Shown here piece by piece: positions 54,791 through 63,162 of a stretch of 64,000 nucleotides of DNA. The DNA is taken from the NCBI GenBank assembly GCA_017625095.1, contig JAGALQ010000025.1, positions 73,086-137,085 on the forward strand, read 5' to 3'. The notes below the pieces were generated by a model. That model saw only the letters and a list, made by a program, of their open reading frames with translations. It had not been told where the DNA came from and searched no databases. How positions within the stretch are numbered: the stretch's first letter is position 1; every line of letters begins with the position of its first letter. The position numbers were made by a program, and so were the translations under genes. Source of the DNA: Clostridia bacterium (GTDB lineage: Bacteria; Bacillota; Clostridia; Oscillospirales; Acutalibacteraceae).

Positions 54791-54811
54791 AACAGACAAA
54801 CAAAAATCGAA

Positions 54812-54856
54812 ACGCCGTCATTCTGCACAAACAGTGTTGAATGGCGGCGCTTTTTG
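54812..54856 (+). terminator. Intrinsic terminator of the 52710-54790 pair
   Basis: Stem GCCGTCATTC (54814-54823) / GAATGGCGGC (54839-54848), followed by GCTTTTTG. Confidence 0.7.
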
Positions 54857-54994
54857 CTGTTTAATTTATAAAAATTTAAGAATTAAAACCTTTACAAAAA
54901 AAATTTTATATTCTAAAATAGTAATTACAGAGAAGCACTTTTCTTTGTTAATTCTTACTTCGTGTTTTCTTTGTATCTTAATTTCAGGACACTT

Positions 54995-55078
54995 CGCGTA
55001 GCCTTCCGAAGGTTGCGTGTTATGGGTTTATCCCTGAAGGTCACGTTCTGCCGTAGCCCCTCCGAATGGTTACGGCAG
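54995..55078 (+). repeat. Cluster of GC-rich hairpins (no ATATCGA punctuation)
   Basis: CGCGTAGCCT-tccga-AGGTTGCGTG is a 10-bp stem needing three G-U pairs, so it folds only as plus-strand RNA. CTGCCGTA-N15-TACGGCAG is a perfect 8-bp stem. Confidence 0.5.
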
Positions 55079-55081
55079 CGT

Positions 55082-55125
55082 TAAAAAAGTCAAAGCAAGG
55101 CAGTGTTTTTCGCACCGCCTTGCTT
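55082..55125 (-). terminator. Intrinsic terminator of the YdcF-family gene
   Basis: Stem AAGCAAGGC (55093-55101) / GCCTTGCTT (55117-55125), followed by a T6 run on the minus strand. Confidence 0.7.
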
Positions 55126-55127
55126 TT

Positions 55128-55874
55128 TTACTGTTTAAATATCCACAGCTTTACAACCGCCATACATTCGCGTATACAGCTGGGGATAACCGTATACCAC
55201 ACCGTATTGCTGTGAGCGTGGGTGACATCAGCAAGCCCTGCTATTTTCGCAAGCGAACCTGCCCTGTAAATATGATACTCATTCGTCACAAACGCAACAT
55301 CGTATTCCTCACCGAAAAGCCCATCCAGAATCTGTTTTGAATAAACAAAGTTCTCATAGGTGCTGGTTGCTTTTTCTTCTTTTATTATTCTTTCGCTGTC
55401 AACTCCGCAGCGCAGCAGATACCTCTCCATTGCAAGCGCCTCGGTTATATCCTCCTGCGGGCCTTGTCCTCCGCTGACGATAATAACTGTATCGGGATTC
55501 TCGTTATAAATCTCAACTGCACGGTCAAGGCGGTTTTTAAGCCCTACGGTCAACAGCTCACCTCGGATACCCGAGCCGAGAACAACAACCGCATCCTCAT
55601 TACCGCTGATACTATCCGTCACACCGTAGCCGAGCAGGAGCGTTACGCCAACCGCAACAACACCAACACCTATCCAGAATATGCCTTTGATGGCACACGG
55701 TATACCGGCTATGAATTTATCATTGAATATTCCGTAAACCGCAACTGCTACTCCAAGAATAAATTCAGCTATTATTCCGATATTGAGATTTGAGGTAATC
55801 AGCATAACTATAGCATTAAGTATCAGCAACGAGCCGATAACAGTAAGCAGAATTTTCATCACCCTCTTTTTCAT
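55128..55874 (-). CDS. YdcF/DUF218-family (ElyC/SanA-like) membrane-anchored protein
   Basis: VVVLGSGIRGE...VIIVSGGQGPQEDITEALAMERYL DUF218 core after 3 TM helices. ATG 55874 with a GAAGGGAG RBS. Confidence 0.75.
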   Translation of the reverse strand: MKKRVMKILLTVIGSLLILNAIVMLITSNLNIGIIAEFILGVAVAVYGIFNDKFIAGIPCAIKGIFWIGVGVVAVGVTLLLGYGVTDSISGNEDAVVVLGSGIRGELLTVGLKNRLDRAVEIYNENPDTVIIVSGGQGPQEDITEALAMERYLLRCGVDSERIIKEEKATSTYENFVYSKQILDGLFGEEYDVAFVTNEYHIYRAGSLAKIAGLADVTHAHSNTVWYTVIPSCIRECMAVVKLWIFKQ

Positions 55875-55946
55875 TTTCACATCTCCCTTCATAATTATTA
55901 TAGAAAATGTTTTTGCCAAACGTATTAAGGGAATGTAAAAATGTGT

Positions 55947-56603
55947 TTATCTTGAGTTTATTCTCTCTTCAACACATTCTTTCCAGCGTCTTGCAATAAG
56001 CTGATGTCCACCGGTTGTGGGATGCACACCGTCCCAGATAAGTTTAAATATATCCGTATGCTTTGCATATTCATCAAACATATCCTGAAGCGGCACAAAA
56101 ACAGCGCCGTATTCCTCGGCAATCTCCTTTGCTGCCTTGCTGTATTCCCATACGTGAGCGCTCATATATCCGTTATAAGCCTCATCTTTCGAAACACCGA
56201 AAAACGGCTCCATAATAACGAGTAACACATCAGGATTCTGCTCAAGCACCTCATCGAGCATACAGCGGTAAATCTTTTTGTATCTTTCCGGTAATGAGCC
56301 GTTGTTATTCTGATACATACCGTTACAGTCATTGACGCCGATAAGTATGCTTACAACTGTCGGTCTGAGGTTGAGACAGTCTTCTTTCCACCTGCCGTAA
56401 AGCTGAGCAATTCTGTCGCCGCTTACACCCCTGTTAACAACATCAAAATCAATCTCCGTATTATCCACATACATTTCTGACGCAATGATATACTGATAGC
56501 CGTGACCGTGAATATGATTCGGATCCTCACTCCTGCCTCTGTTGCCGTCAGTTATCGAATCACCCTGAAAAAGAACAACGTCACCGTTTTTCATTTTAAT
56601 CAT
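55947..56603 (-). CDS. SGNH/GDSL-family hydrolase
   Basis: Block I FQGDSITDG, block III GVND and block V DGVHPT. ATG 56603 (GAGGTG RBS) is preferred over GTG 56612. Confidence 0.8.
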   Translation of the reverse strand: MIKMKNGDVVLFQGDSITDGNRGRSEDPNHIHGHGYQYIIASEMYVDNTEIDFDVVNRGVSGDRIAQLYGRWKEDCLNLRPTVVSILIGVNDCNGMYQNNNGSLPERYKKIYRCMLDEVLEQNPDVLLVIMEPFFGVSKDEAYNGYMSAHVWEYSKAAKEIAEEYGAVFVPLQDMFDEYAKHTDIFKLIWDGVHPTTGGHQLIARRWKECVEERINSR

Positions 56604-56764
56604 ATCTATCACCTCTTGTTTTTGCTAATTATATCACACCGCACAAAAAATTCAAACGAATAAAAAATAAGTTGTGTGTTAAACATATTGTTTTATCGGT
56701 ATCCTTGTGCTAATATATAGTTTAAAGTGTTATGGGATATTGTGGGAAGGAGGGCAGCCGGCCA

Positions 56765-58195
56765 ATGCTGTTTTCATCGTATGAATTTGTTTTTGCATTT
56801 CTGCCAGTGACGGTTGCCGTTTATTTTGCGCTATCCGGAATCAAAAGTCCTTATCCACAGCGTATCTTCCTCGCTGCAGCCTCTCTTTTCTTCTATTCGT
56901 ATTTTGAGTGGAGCTATATTTTAATAATATCCGCCTCAATTATCATTAATTTTATTCTGGCAAAAATATCCTTGCACGCTTCGAAACAATCGGCAAAAAA
57001 AGCATTATTTATTTTGTCAATAATTTTCAACGTCGGCCTGATAGGCTATTACAAATACTACGACTTTGCCGTGGATACTTTCAACACGGTTGCATCAACA
57101 AACATACCGATCAAAGGAATACTGATACCGCTTGGCATCAGCTTCTTCACCTTTCAGCAGCTTTCTTTTCAGCTGCGCACCTACAAATCAGACAGTAAAA
57201 AGCTCAACTTTATTGACTATACGCTTTTTGTTTCATTTTTTCCTCAGCTTATTGCAGGCCCGATTGTGCTTTACGATGATCTCGTGCCGCAAATTATTGA
57301 CGAGAACAAGCGTCGACCGAACAAAGATAACATTGTAAAAGGCTTTTCGATATTCACCTGCGGTCTGTTCAAGAAGCTTATCATCGCAGATGAGCTTTCA
57401 TTGATTGTTGATAACGGCTTCTTTGCATACAAATCCATGGGTATGCTCCCGATGTGGATTGTAGCATTTGCCTATACTTTCCAGATCTATTTTGATTTTG
57501 CCGGCTATTCCGAAATGGCTATAGGATTGGGCAAAATGCTCAACTACGATCTGCCGATAAATTTCCTGACACCTCTCAGATCTGCAAGCATCACGGAGTT
57601 CTGGAAACGCTGGCATATCACGCTGGGACGGACGCTCTCGGAGCTGGTGTACATTCCGCTCGGAGGAAACCAAAAAGGCAAGCTGAGAAAAGCAATAAAC
57701 CTCTTTATTGTTTTCCTTGTAAGCGGTATCTGGCACGGTGCATCGTGGACCTTTGTTCTTTGGGGAATTGCACACGGAGCCGCAAGAGTTTTTGAGGAAT
57801 GCTTCCCTAAACTCCTGAACAGAATACCGACCTTTATCAGACGCATTTTCACTTTTTTATTCGTTGTTTTTGCGTTTGTGATTTTCCGTGCAGAAAGCAT
57901 AGGTCAGGCTTTCGGTATTTTCAAACAGATGTTCACTTTTTCGAATCTCGGTCTGAGCAGATTCAGCAGCCTGCTTATAAACGGTATATTCGGTGTGCCT
58001 AATTTTGCCGCAATTGCTTTGGCATTTGCCGCAATCTTAATATGTTTTGTCATAATGCTTAAAGAAAAAAGCACATCCGAACTTCTTGAAGATTTCAGTC
58101 CCACCCCTAAGCGTGCGGTATTAATTGCGATAATGCTTATCGTTTCCGTGCTTTGTATGTCACGATCAGCCGTGTTTATTTATTTCAACTTCTGA
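56765..58195 (+). CDS. MBOAT-family membrane O-acyltransferase (AlgI/DltB-like)
   Basis: MLFSSYEFVFAFLPV N-terminus, conserved FWKRWHITL and GIWHGASW histidine motifs, multi-TM. Confidence 0.85.
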   Translation: MLFSSYEFVFAFLPVTVAVYFALSGIKSPYPQRIFLAAASLFFYSYFEWSYILIISASIIINFILAKISLHASKQSAKKALFILSIIFNVGLIGYYKYYDFAVDTFNTVASTNIPIKGILIPLGISFFTFQQLSFQLRTYKSDSKKLNFIDYTLFVSFFPQLIAGPIVLYDDLVPQIIDENKRRPNKDNIVKGFSIFTCGLFKKLIIADELSLIVDNGFFAYKSMGMLPMWIVAFAYTFQIYFDFAGYSEMAIGLGKMLNYDLPINFLTPLRSASITEFWKRWHITLGRTLSELVYIPLGGNQKGKLRKAINLFIVFLVSGIWHGASWTFVLWGIAHGAARVFEECFPKLLNRIPTFIRRIFTFLFVVFAFVIFRAESIGQAFGIFKQMFTFSNLGLSRFSSLLINGIFGVPNFAAIALAFAAILICFVIMLKEKSTSELLEDFSPTPKRAVLIAIMLIVSVLCMSRSAVFIYFNF

Positions 58196-58209
58196 GGAAA
58201 GTGTTCCGA

Positions 58210-59304
58210 ATGAAAAACCAGACAGTAAAATTTATATGCTTGCTGTTAAGCATTTTTATTGCCGCTACGGGCGTTTTATGCACCGTGGCTTATATCCTGG
58301 ACCCTCAAAACGTATACCGTTCAAATACAAAAGGGCTTCGCTTTTTCAGCCCGACCTATTCATCGGCACCTGCCATCAGAACAGCTGATTACGACTGTGT
58401 TATAATCGGCTCTTCCATGGTTCAGAATTTTGATACGAAGCAAATCACCAAACAGTTTGGCTATAAGCCTCTCAAACTCGCTCTGGGTGCGTTGGAACCT
58501 GATGAGCTGCTGTGGCTTTACAACTGTGCACAGGAGCAAGGAAAGGCAAAAAAATACATTGTCAACATTGACCTTCACCGTTTCGCCTCAAACAAAATCG
58601 TTGAGCCGGATTGCGGCAGATTCCGCGATTACATGTATAATCCGCGCGGCCTGGCACAATTCAGATATCTTCTCGGATACGAAACATGGTTTCGTTTCAT
58701 ACCGTTACAAGCTTTTCTGACCGCGATTTATGGCCTGAATATCCCTCTGCCCGAATCGTTCAGAAGCTCTCTGAAACTTTCAACCGATATAAACACGTCA
58801 GGCTATTGGAACGAAGATAATCCGCCCGGTGAAGCTGCACTTCTTGAAAACTTCAACAGTGGCACGGTTGTATTCAACGATGGCGACTCCGACACTTACA
58901 GCGATAACGCAATGTCGCATATGGATTATTTGCTTGAACAACTTTCGGTTAAGCTTGATTCCGATGAAGAGCTGACAATTTATCTGCCGCCTTACTCATC
59001 ACTTTTTGGGGCAGACAAAAGCAGTGATCAGATTGAAGTAATTTTCGCCCTGCGCGAAAAAATTGCAGCCTTTGCCGCAGAGTACGCCAACATACATCTG
59101 TGCGACCTGCAGGCAGAAAGCTACGTCAGAGACCTCAACCTTTATATGGATGCCAGCCATTCATCCACCACAATAAGGAAGGCAACACAGCAGTCCGTTG
59201 TATCCTGCACGGGCGAACCGGATTTACAACAGATAAAATCCAACAACAGCATAATAAAAAGTTACGCAGACGAAGCACTGAAAAAAGCGCAAGTAAAAAA
59301 ATAA
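58210..59304 (+). CDS. Membrane-anchored MBOAT partner protein, DltD-like (SGNH-like) by motif resemblance
   Basis: N-terminal TM helix, IIGSSMVQNF (GSS block I-like) and C-terminal MDASHSS (DxxH-like). Lies 15 nt after the MBOAT stop. Confidence 0.55.
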   Translation: MKNQTVKFICLLLSIFIAATGVLCTVAYILDPQNVYRSNTKGLRFFSPTYSSAPAIRTADYDCVIIGSSMVQNFDTKQITKQFGYKPLKLALGALEPDELLWLYNCAQEQGKAKKYIVNIDLHRFASNKIVEPDCGRFRDYMYNPRGLAQFRYLLGYETWFRFIPLQAFLTAIYGLNIPLPESFRSSLKLSTDINTSGYWNEDNPPGEAALLENFNSGTVVFNDGDSDTYSDNAMSHMDYLLEQLSVKLDSDEELTIYLPPYSSLFGADKSSDQIEVIFALREKIAAFAAEYANIHLCDLQAESYVRDLNLYMDASHSSTTIRKATQQSVVSCTGEPDLQQIKSNNSIIKSYADEALKKAQVKK

Positions 59305-59376
59305 GCTACCATTCAAACCGGATTATGATAAGTTTTTAATCATTAAGCATCAACACTTAAACGGAGGTACATAAAT

Positions 59377-59646
59377 ATGAGAGCAGTAATTACCGTTGTA
59401 GGCAAGGACACAGTCGGCATCCTTGCAAAGGTTTCAACATTCTGTGCTGAGCACGATGTAAATGTTGTCGACGTTTCACAGACAATTCTGCAAGATATGT
59501 TCTGTATGATTATGCTTGTTGACACCGCCGCTATGCAGATGGAATTCACAGAGTTTTCCGACAAGCTCAAAGAATACGGTGAGGAAAGAAACCTCAAAAT
59601 CCACGTTATGCACGAGGATATATTCAACTCGATGCACAGAATCTGA
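59377..59646 (+). CDS. ACT-domain protein, UPF0237 family
   Basis: MRAVITVVGKDTVGILAKVSTFCAEHDVNVVDVSQT is typical of the UPF0237 ACT protein that precedes UPF0210 genes. Confidence 0.8.
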   Translation: MRAVITVVGKDTVGILAKVSTFCAEHDVNVVDVSQTILQDMFCMIMLVDTAAMQMEFTEFSDKLKEYGEERNLKIHVMHEDIFNSMHRI

Positions 59647-59664
59647 AAAGGCGGAAAATAAGCT

Positions 59665-61020
59665 ATGATGAACACAGGCGATATACTCGAAACGATTGCG
59701 ATGATTGAGGAAGAGCACCTCGACATACGCACAATTACAATGGGAATCTCTTTGCTCGACTGCTGTGACAGCGATATTAAGCGCAGCTGCGACAAGATTT
59801 ATGACAAAATCACACGCAGAGCTGAAAAGCTTGTCGCCACAGGTGAGCAGATTGAAAAAGAATACGGCATTCCGATTATAAACAAGCGTATTTCCGTCAC
59901 ACCGATTGCTATGGTTTCCGCTTGCTCAGGCGGCAACCCTGTCGAATACGCAAAAACACTCGAGCGTGCGGCTCAGACTGTCGGCGTCAACTTCATCGGC
60001 GGCTACTCCGCACTTGTGCAGAAAGGCTTTGCCGCCGGCGATGAGGCACTTATCCGCAGCATCCCCGAAGCACTTGCAACCACAGAGCACATCTGCTCAA
60101 GCGTTAATATCGGCTCAACAAAAGCGGGCATCAATATGGATGCTGTCGCCCTTATGGGTCAGACTGTTGTCGATGCAGCAAAAGCAACGGCAGACAAGGG
60201 CTGTATCGGCCCCGCAAAGCTCGTTGTTTTCTGCAACGCTCCCGAGGATAACCCCTTTATGGCGGGCGCATTTCACGGCGCAGGCGAGCCTGACTGCGTA
60301 ATAAACGTCGGTGTTTCAGGCCCCGGTGTCGTCAGCTCAGCACTTAAGAAAATACCGAACGGCACGCTCACAAACGTTGCCGACGTTGTAAAAAAGACAG
60401 CTTTCAAAATCACACGTGTCGGTCAGCTTGTCGCACGTGAGGCTTCACGCAGGCTTGACGTACCCTTTGGCATTGTTGACCTCTCACTCGCACCGACTCC
60501 TGCTGTCGGCGACTCCGTTGCTCACATTCTTGAGGAAATGGGTCTTGAGCAGTGCGGCTGCCACGGCACAACAGCGGCTCTTGCCCTGCTTAACGACGCT
60601 GTCAAGAAGGGCGGCATTATGGCATCCTCTCACGTCGGCGGACTTTCGGGCGCATTTATTCCCGTTACAGAGGATGCAGGTATGATTGACGCGGCAAGAA
60701 GCGGCGCACTCAACCTCGAAAGACTCGAGGCAATGACAGCCGTTTGCTCAGTCGGACTTGATATGATCAATATTCCCGGTGACACACCTGCAGAGGTTAT
60801 TGCAGCAATTATCGCAGACGAAGCGGCAATCGGCATGATCAACAGCAAAACAACGGCTGTGCGTGTCATTCCTGCAATCGGTAAATCCGTCGGCGATGAG
60901 CTCGATTTCGGCGGACTTCTCGGCGGCGGTCCCGTTATGGACGTCAATATGATTTCCCCCGCAAAATTCATCTCACGCGGCGGCAGAATCCCTGCACCCG
61001 TGCAGAGCCTTAAAAACTGA
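59665..61020 (+). CDS. UPF0210 (DUF711, PFL-like) family protein
   Basis: 451 aa with the [28 protein letters not shown]-terminus characteristic of UPF0210. Confidence 0.8.
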   Translation: MMNTGDILETIAMIEEEHLDIRTITMGISLLDCCDSDIKRSCDKIYDKITRRAEKLVATGEQIEKEYGIPIINKRISVTPIAMVSACSGGNPVEYAKTLERAAQTVGVNFIGGYSALVQKGFAAGDEALIRSIPEALATTEHICSSVNIGSTKAGINMDAVALMGQTVVDAAKATADKGCIGPAKLVVFCNAPEDNPFMAGAFHGAGEPDCVINVGVSGPGVVSSALKKIPNGTLTNVADVVKKTAFKITRVGQLVAREASRRLDVPFGIVDLSLAPTPAVGDSVAHILEEMGLEQCGCHGTTAALALLNDAVKKGGIMASSHVGGLSGAFIPVTEDAGMIDAARSGALNLERLEAMTAVCSVGLDMINIPGDTPAEVIAAIIADEAAIGMINSKTTAVRVIPAIGKSVGDELDFGGLLGGGPVMDVNMISPAKFISRGGRIPAPVQSLKN

Positions 61021-61026
61021 TAAAGC

Positions 61027-61063
61027 AAAAGGCAACTCGCTTGAATGGTGAGTTGCCTTTTTG
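61027..61063 (+). terminator. Intrinsic terminator of the UPF0237-UPF0210 operon
   Basis: Stem GGCAACTC (61031-61038) / GAGTTGCC (61050-61057), followed by TTTTTG. Confidence 0.7.
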
Positions 61064-61222
61064 TCATTCTGAACGAAGTGAAGAATCTTTTCGGACGACC
61101 AATGGTCGCCCCTACGGCATTTTTTACATTGATAGAGCATTACAAAAGCATTGTCATTTTGAGCGGCAGCGAAGAATCTTTTCGGGCGGCAGATTGCCGC
61201 CCCTACGATGTTCTGGATGACA
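61063..61222. repeat. Family B composite palindromic repeat, locus 2 (two tandem copies)
   Basis: Copy a: M1 at 61063-61091 and M2 at 61092-61116, with no M3. Copy b: M1 at 61153-61182, M2 CGGGCGGCAGATTGCCGCCCCTACG at 61183-61207, and M3 GTTCTGGATGACA at 61210-61222. Confidence 0.7.
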
Positions 61223-61275
61223 TTGCGTAAATCACACAAAGCACAAAAGGCACCGACCTGTTGGTCGATGCCTTT

Positions 61276-61398
61276 TGGCTGGGGAATAGGGATTTTTATC
61301 GCCTCACTTGCGCTCGTTGCGACTCGGCAAACTCTCCACCGGAGAGTTTGTTCGCTTAACGCGAATCCCCTTCGCTGTTCGAATCCCTCAAACAAACA
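61276..61398 (-). pseudogene. Degenerate tRNA-Gln 3' half interrupted by an 85-nt hairpin-rich insertion
   Basis: 61276-61294 is identical to the last 19 nt (including CCA) of the intact tRNA-Gln. After an 85-nt insert (61295-61379), CGAATCCCTCAAACAAACA resumes similarity to the T-arm/variable region CGAACCCCAACAAACA. The 5' half is absent. Confidence 0.5.
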
Positions 61399-61443
61399 TC
61401 ACCACAAAAAAAGAAAAGCACCGACCTGTTGGTCGATGCCTTT

Positions 61444-61517
61444 TGGCTGGGGAATAGGGATTCGAACCCCAACAAACAGAGTCAGAGTCTGTCGTGCTAC
61501 CGTTACACTATTCCCCA
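61444..61517 (-). tRNA. tRNA-Gln (anticodon CUG), CCA encoded
   Basis: My fold of the reverse complement is TGGGGAA-TA-GTGT-AACGGTA-GCAC-G-ACAGA-CTCTGAC-TCTGT-TTGT-TGGGG-TTCGAAT-CCCTA-TTCCCCA-G-CCA: a canonical cloverleaf with anticodon CTG. Confidence 0.9.
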
Positions 61518-61528
61518 TCGCGAAGAGT

Positions 61529-61557
61529 ATTATATATGTTTCTACAGCAAATGTCAA
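61529..61557 (-). promoter_or_regulatory. Consensus sigma-A promoter of tRNA-Gln
   Basis: On the minus strand: TTGACA (61557-61552), 17-nt spacer, TATAAT (61534-61529), 11 nt upstream of the tRNA 5' end. Confidence 0.7.
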
Positions 61558-61610
61558 TACCTTTTTTCGATTTTTTTGCAGTTATTTTTAAAATATATTA
61601 TAAAAAGGTG

Positions 61611-61639
61611 TTGACATAAAAATACCCTTATGATATACT
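61611..61639 (+). promoter_or_regulatory. Sigma-A promoter of the rplU operon
   Basis: TTGACA (61611-61616), 17-nt spacer, TATACT (61634-61639). Confidence 0.65.
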
Positions 61640-61644
61640 ACTTA

Positions 61645-61735
61645 AGCCGCATATTACGGGTTGCACTATAACTGTGCCCAAATCCGCCTGCTCACGGGCG
61701 GTACCCCTGAATAGCGAGACTTAATAAAAGAGGTA
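61645..61735 (+). ncRNA. Probable L21 ribosomal-protein leader (5' UTR structure of rplU-prp-rpmA)
   Basis: A ~95-nt leader containing the hairpin CCGCC-tgctcac-GGGCGG (61684-61700). Its position matches the Firmicutes L21 leader. No covariance-model check was done. Confidence 0.45.
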
Positions 61736-61740
61736 AAAAA

Positions 61741-62052
61741 ATGTACGCAATCATTGAGACCGGCGGCAAGCAGTATAAGGTATCTGCCGGCGACACACTT
61801 TACATCGAGAAGCTCAATGTTGAAGCAGACAGCGAAGTTGTCTTCGACAAGGTTATCGCAGTAGGCTCCGACGACTCCATCAAGGTTGGCGCTCCCTACG
61901 TTGAGGGTGCAACAGTTACAGCTAAGGCTGTAAAGAACGGCAAGGCTAAGAAGATCGTTGTCTTCACCTACAAGCCCAAGAAGAACGAGAAGCGCAAGAT
62001 GGGTCACAGACAGCCCTACACAAAGGTTGAGATTTCCGCTATCAACGGTTAA
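61741..62052 (+). CDS. rplU: 50S ribosomal protein L21
   Basis: [14 protein letters not shown]... is a canonical L21. Confidence 0.95.
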   Translation: MYAIIETGGKQYKVSAGDTLYIEKLNVEADSEVVFDKVIAVGSDDSIKVGAPYVEGATVTAKAVKNGKAKKIVVFTYKPKKNEKRKMGHRQPYTKVEISAING

Positions 62053-62058
62053 TCAGCT

Positions 62059-62382
62059 ATGATACGCTTTAAGTTTGTCCGTTCGGGCAAGAGCACAATC
62101 GGGTTTGAATGCAGCGGTCACGCAGGATTCGCACAGGCAGGACAGGATATTGTCTGCGCCGCCGTCTCCTCCGCAGCCTATCTCGCAGCAAACACGATAA
62201 CAGATTCATTCAACGTCAAAGCAAAGGCACAGGTCGATGACGGCTACATGCTCTTTGAGTTGCTTGAAGAATCGGCACAGGCTCAGAAGATGCTTGACGG
62301 GCTTGAAGCTCACATCAGGTCGCTTGCGCAGGATTATCCGCGCAGCATCAAAGTAATTTACGGAGGTAACACAAATGCTTAA
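62059..62382 (+). CDS. prp: Ribosomal-processing cysteine protease Prp
   Basis: [24 protein letters not shown] motif and a position between rplU and rpmA. Confidence 0.9.
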   Translation: MIRFKFVRSGKSTIGFECSGHAGFAQAGQDIVCAAVSSAAYLAANTITDSFNVKAKAQVDDGYMLFELLEESAQAQKMLDGLEAHIRSLAQDYPRSIKVIYGGNTNA

Positions 62383-62659
62383 GATAAACATTCAGCTTTT
62401 TGCTCATAAAAAAGGTATGGGTTCCACCCGTAACGGCCGTGATTCAGAGTCCAAGAGACTTGGCGCAAAGCGTGCAGACGGTCAGTTTGTTCTTGCAGGC
62501 AACATCCTTGTAAGACAGCGTGGCACACACATCCATCCCGGCACAAACGTTGGCAAGGGATCCGATGACACTCTCTTCGCAAAGGTTGACGGTGTTGTAA
62601 GATTTGAGCGTCTTGGCAGAGACCGTAAGAAGGTCAGCGTTTACACTGTTGAGCAGTAA
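62375..62659 (+). CDS. rpmA: 50S ribosomal protein L27 with an N-terminal propeptide
   Basis: [24 protein letters not shown]: a 9-residue extension ending LF before AHKKG, the known Prp cleavage context. Confidence 0.95.
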   Translation: MLKINIQLFAHKKGMGSTRNGRDSESKRLGAKRADGQFVLAGNILVRQRGTHIHPGTNVGKGSDDTLFAKVDGVVRFERLGRDRKKVSVYTVEQ

Positions 62660-62674
62660 TTGCAACAAAACATC

Positions 62675-62710
62675 AAAAGAGCAGTCCTGAGAAAGGGCTG
62701 CTCTTTTTGT
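62675..62710. terminator. Bidirectional intrinsic terminator (rpmA / XRE gene)
   Basis: Stem AGAGCAGTCC / GGGCTGCTCT (one G-T pair) with AAAA and TTTTT flanks. Confidence 0.7.
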
Positions 62711-63042
62711 TATTTTAATAATGTTTCGGTTAATTTTACTACTATTTCTTCAATACATTTGACTTGTTCGTGTGAAAGACGACGGCAACACTCTTCTATT
62801 ACAGATGTATCAGCTTTTTCTGACTCGCCAAAAAGCAAGTTGTCACTACTTACACCGAGAGTAATACAAATATTCTTAAGTGTGGGTAATGCTACACCTA
62901 CCACACCTCTTTCCAGGTCTGATATATATTGTGTGGAAACATCAATTTTTTCAGAGAGTTTTTCCTGCGTCATATTAATGTGCTCTCTGGCTTTTTTTAT
63001 TCTTTCTCCGATTTCTATATTAATTTGCTTTTTTTCTCGCAT
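62710..63042 (-). CDS. XRE-family HTH transcriptional regulator
   Basis: MTQEKLSEKIDVSTQYISDLERG HTH_3 motif. ATG 63042 (GAGGATGG RBS) is preferred over the longer track ORF. Confidence 0.75.
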   Translation of the reverse strand: MREKKQINIEIGERIKKAREHINMTQEKLSEKIDVSTQYISDLERGVVGVALPTLKNICITLGVSSDNLLFGESEKADTSVIEECCRRLSHEQVKCIEEIVVKLTETLLK

Positions 63043-63162
63043 ATTTAACACCATCCTCACTATTATATTAACTAAAAGCAGCCTTGACAAAAACAATGTA
63101 TAGGTGCTATAATTACTAATAGCAATACTATTAGTGCTAATTATATTTTGGAGGTATTTGTT

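Noticed and set aside
61250-61517. An intact integrative island at tRNA-Gln
   Set aside because: A direct repeat including the tRNA 3' end exists, but only ~123 nt lie between the copies. The repeat also includes the downstream terminator, and no integrase or cargo gene is present. At most it is a scar or a local duplication.
60973-61591. ORFs 60973-61395 (-), 61045-61230 (+) and 61208-61591 (+) spanning the repeat/tRNA region
   Set aside because: They read through family B repeats, terminator hairpins and the tRNA-Gln gene. Translations such as VILNEVKNLFGRPMVAPT are repeat-derived.
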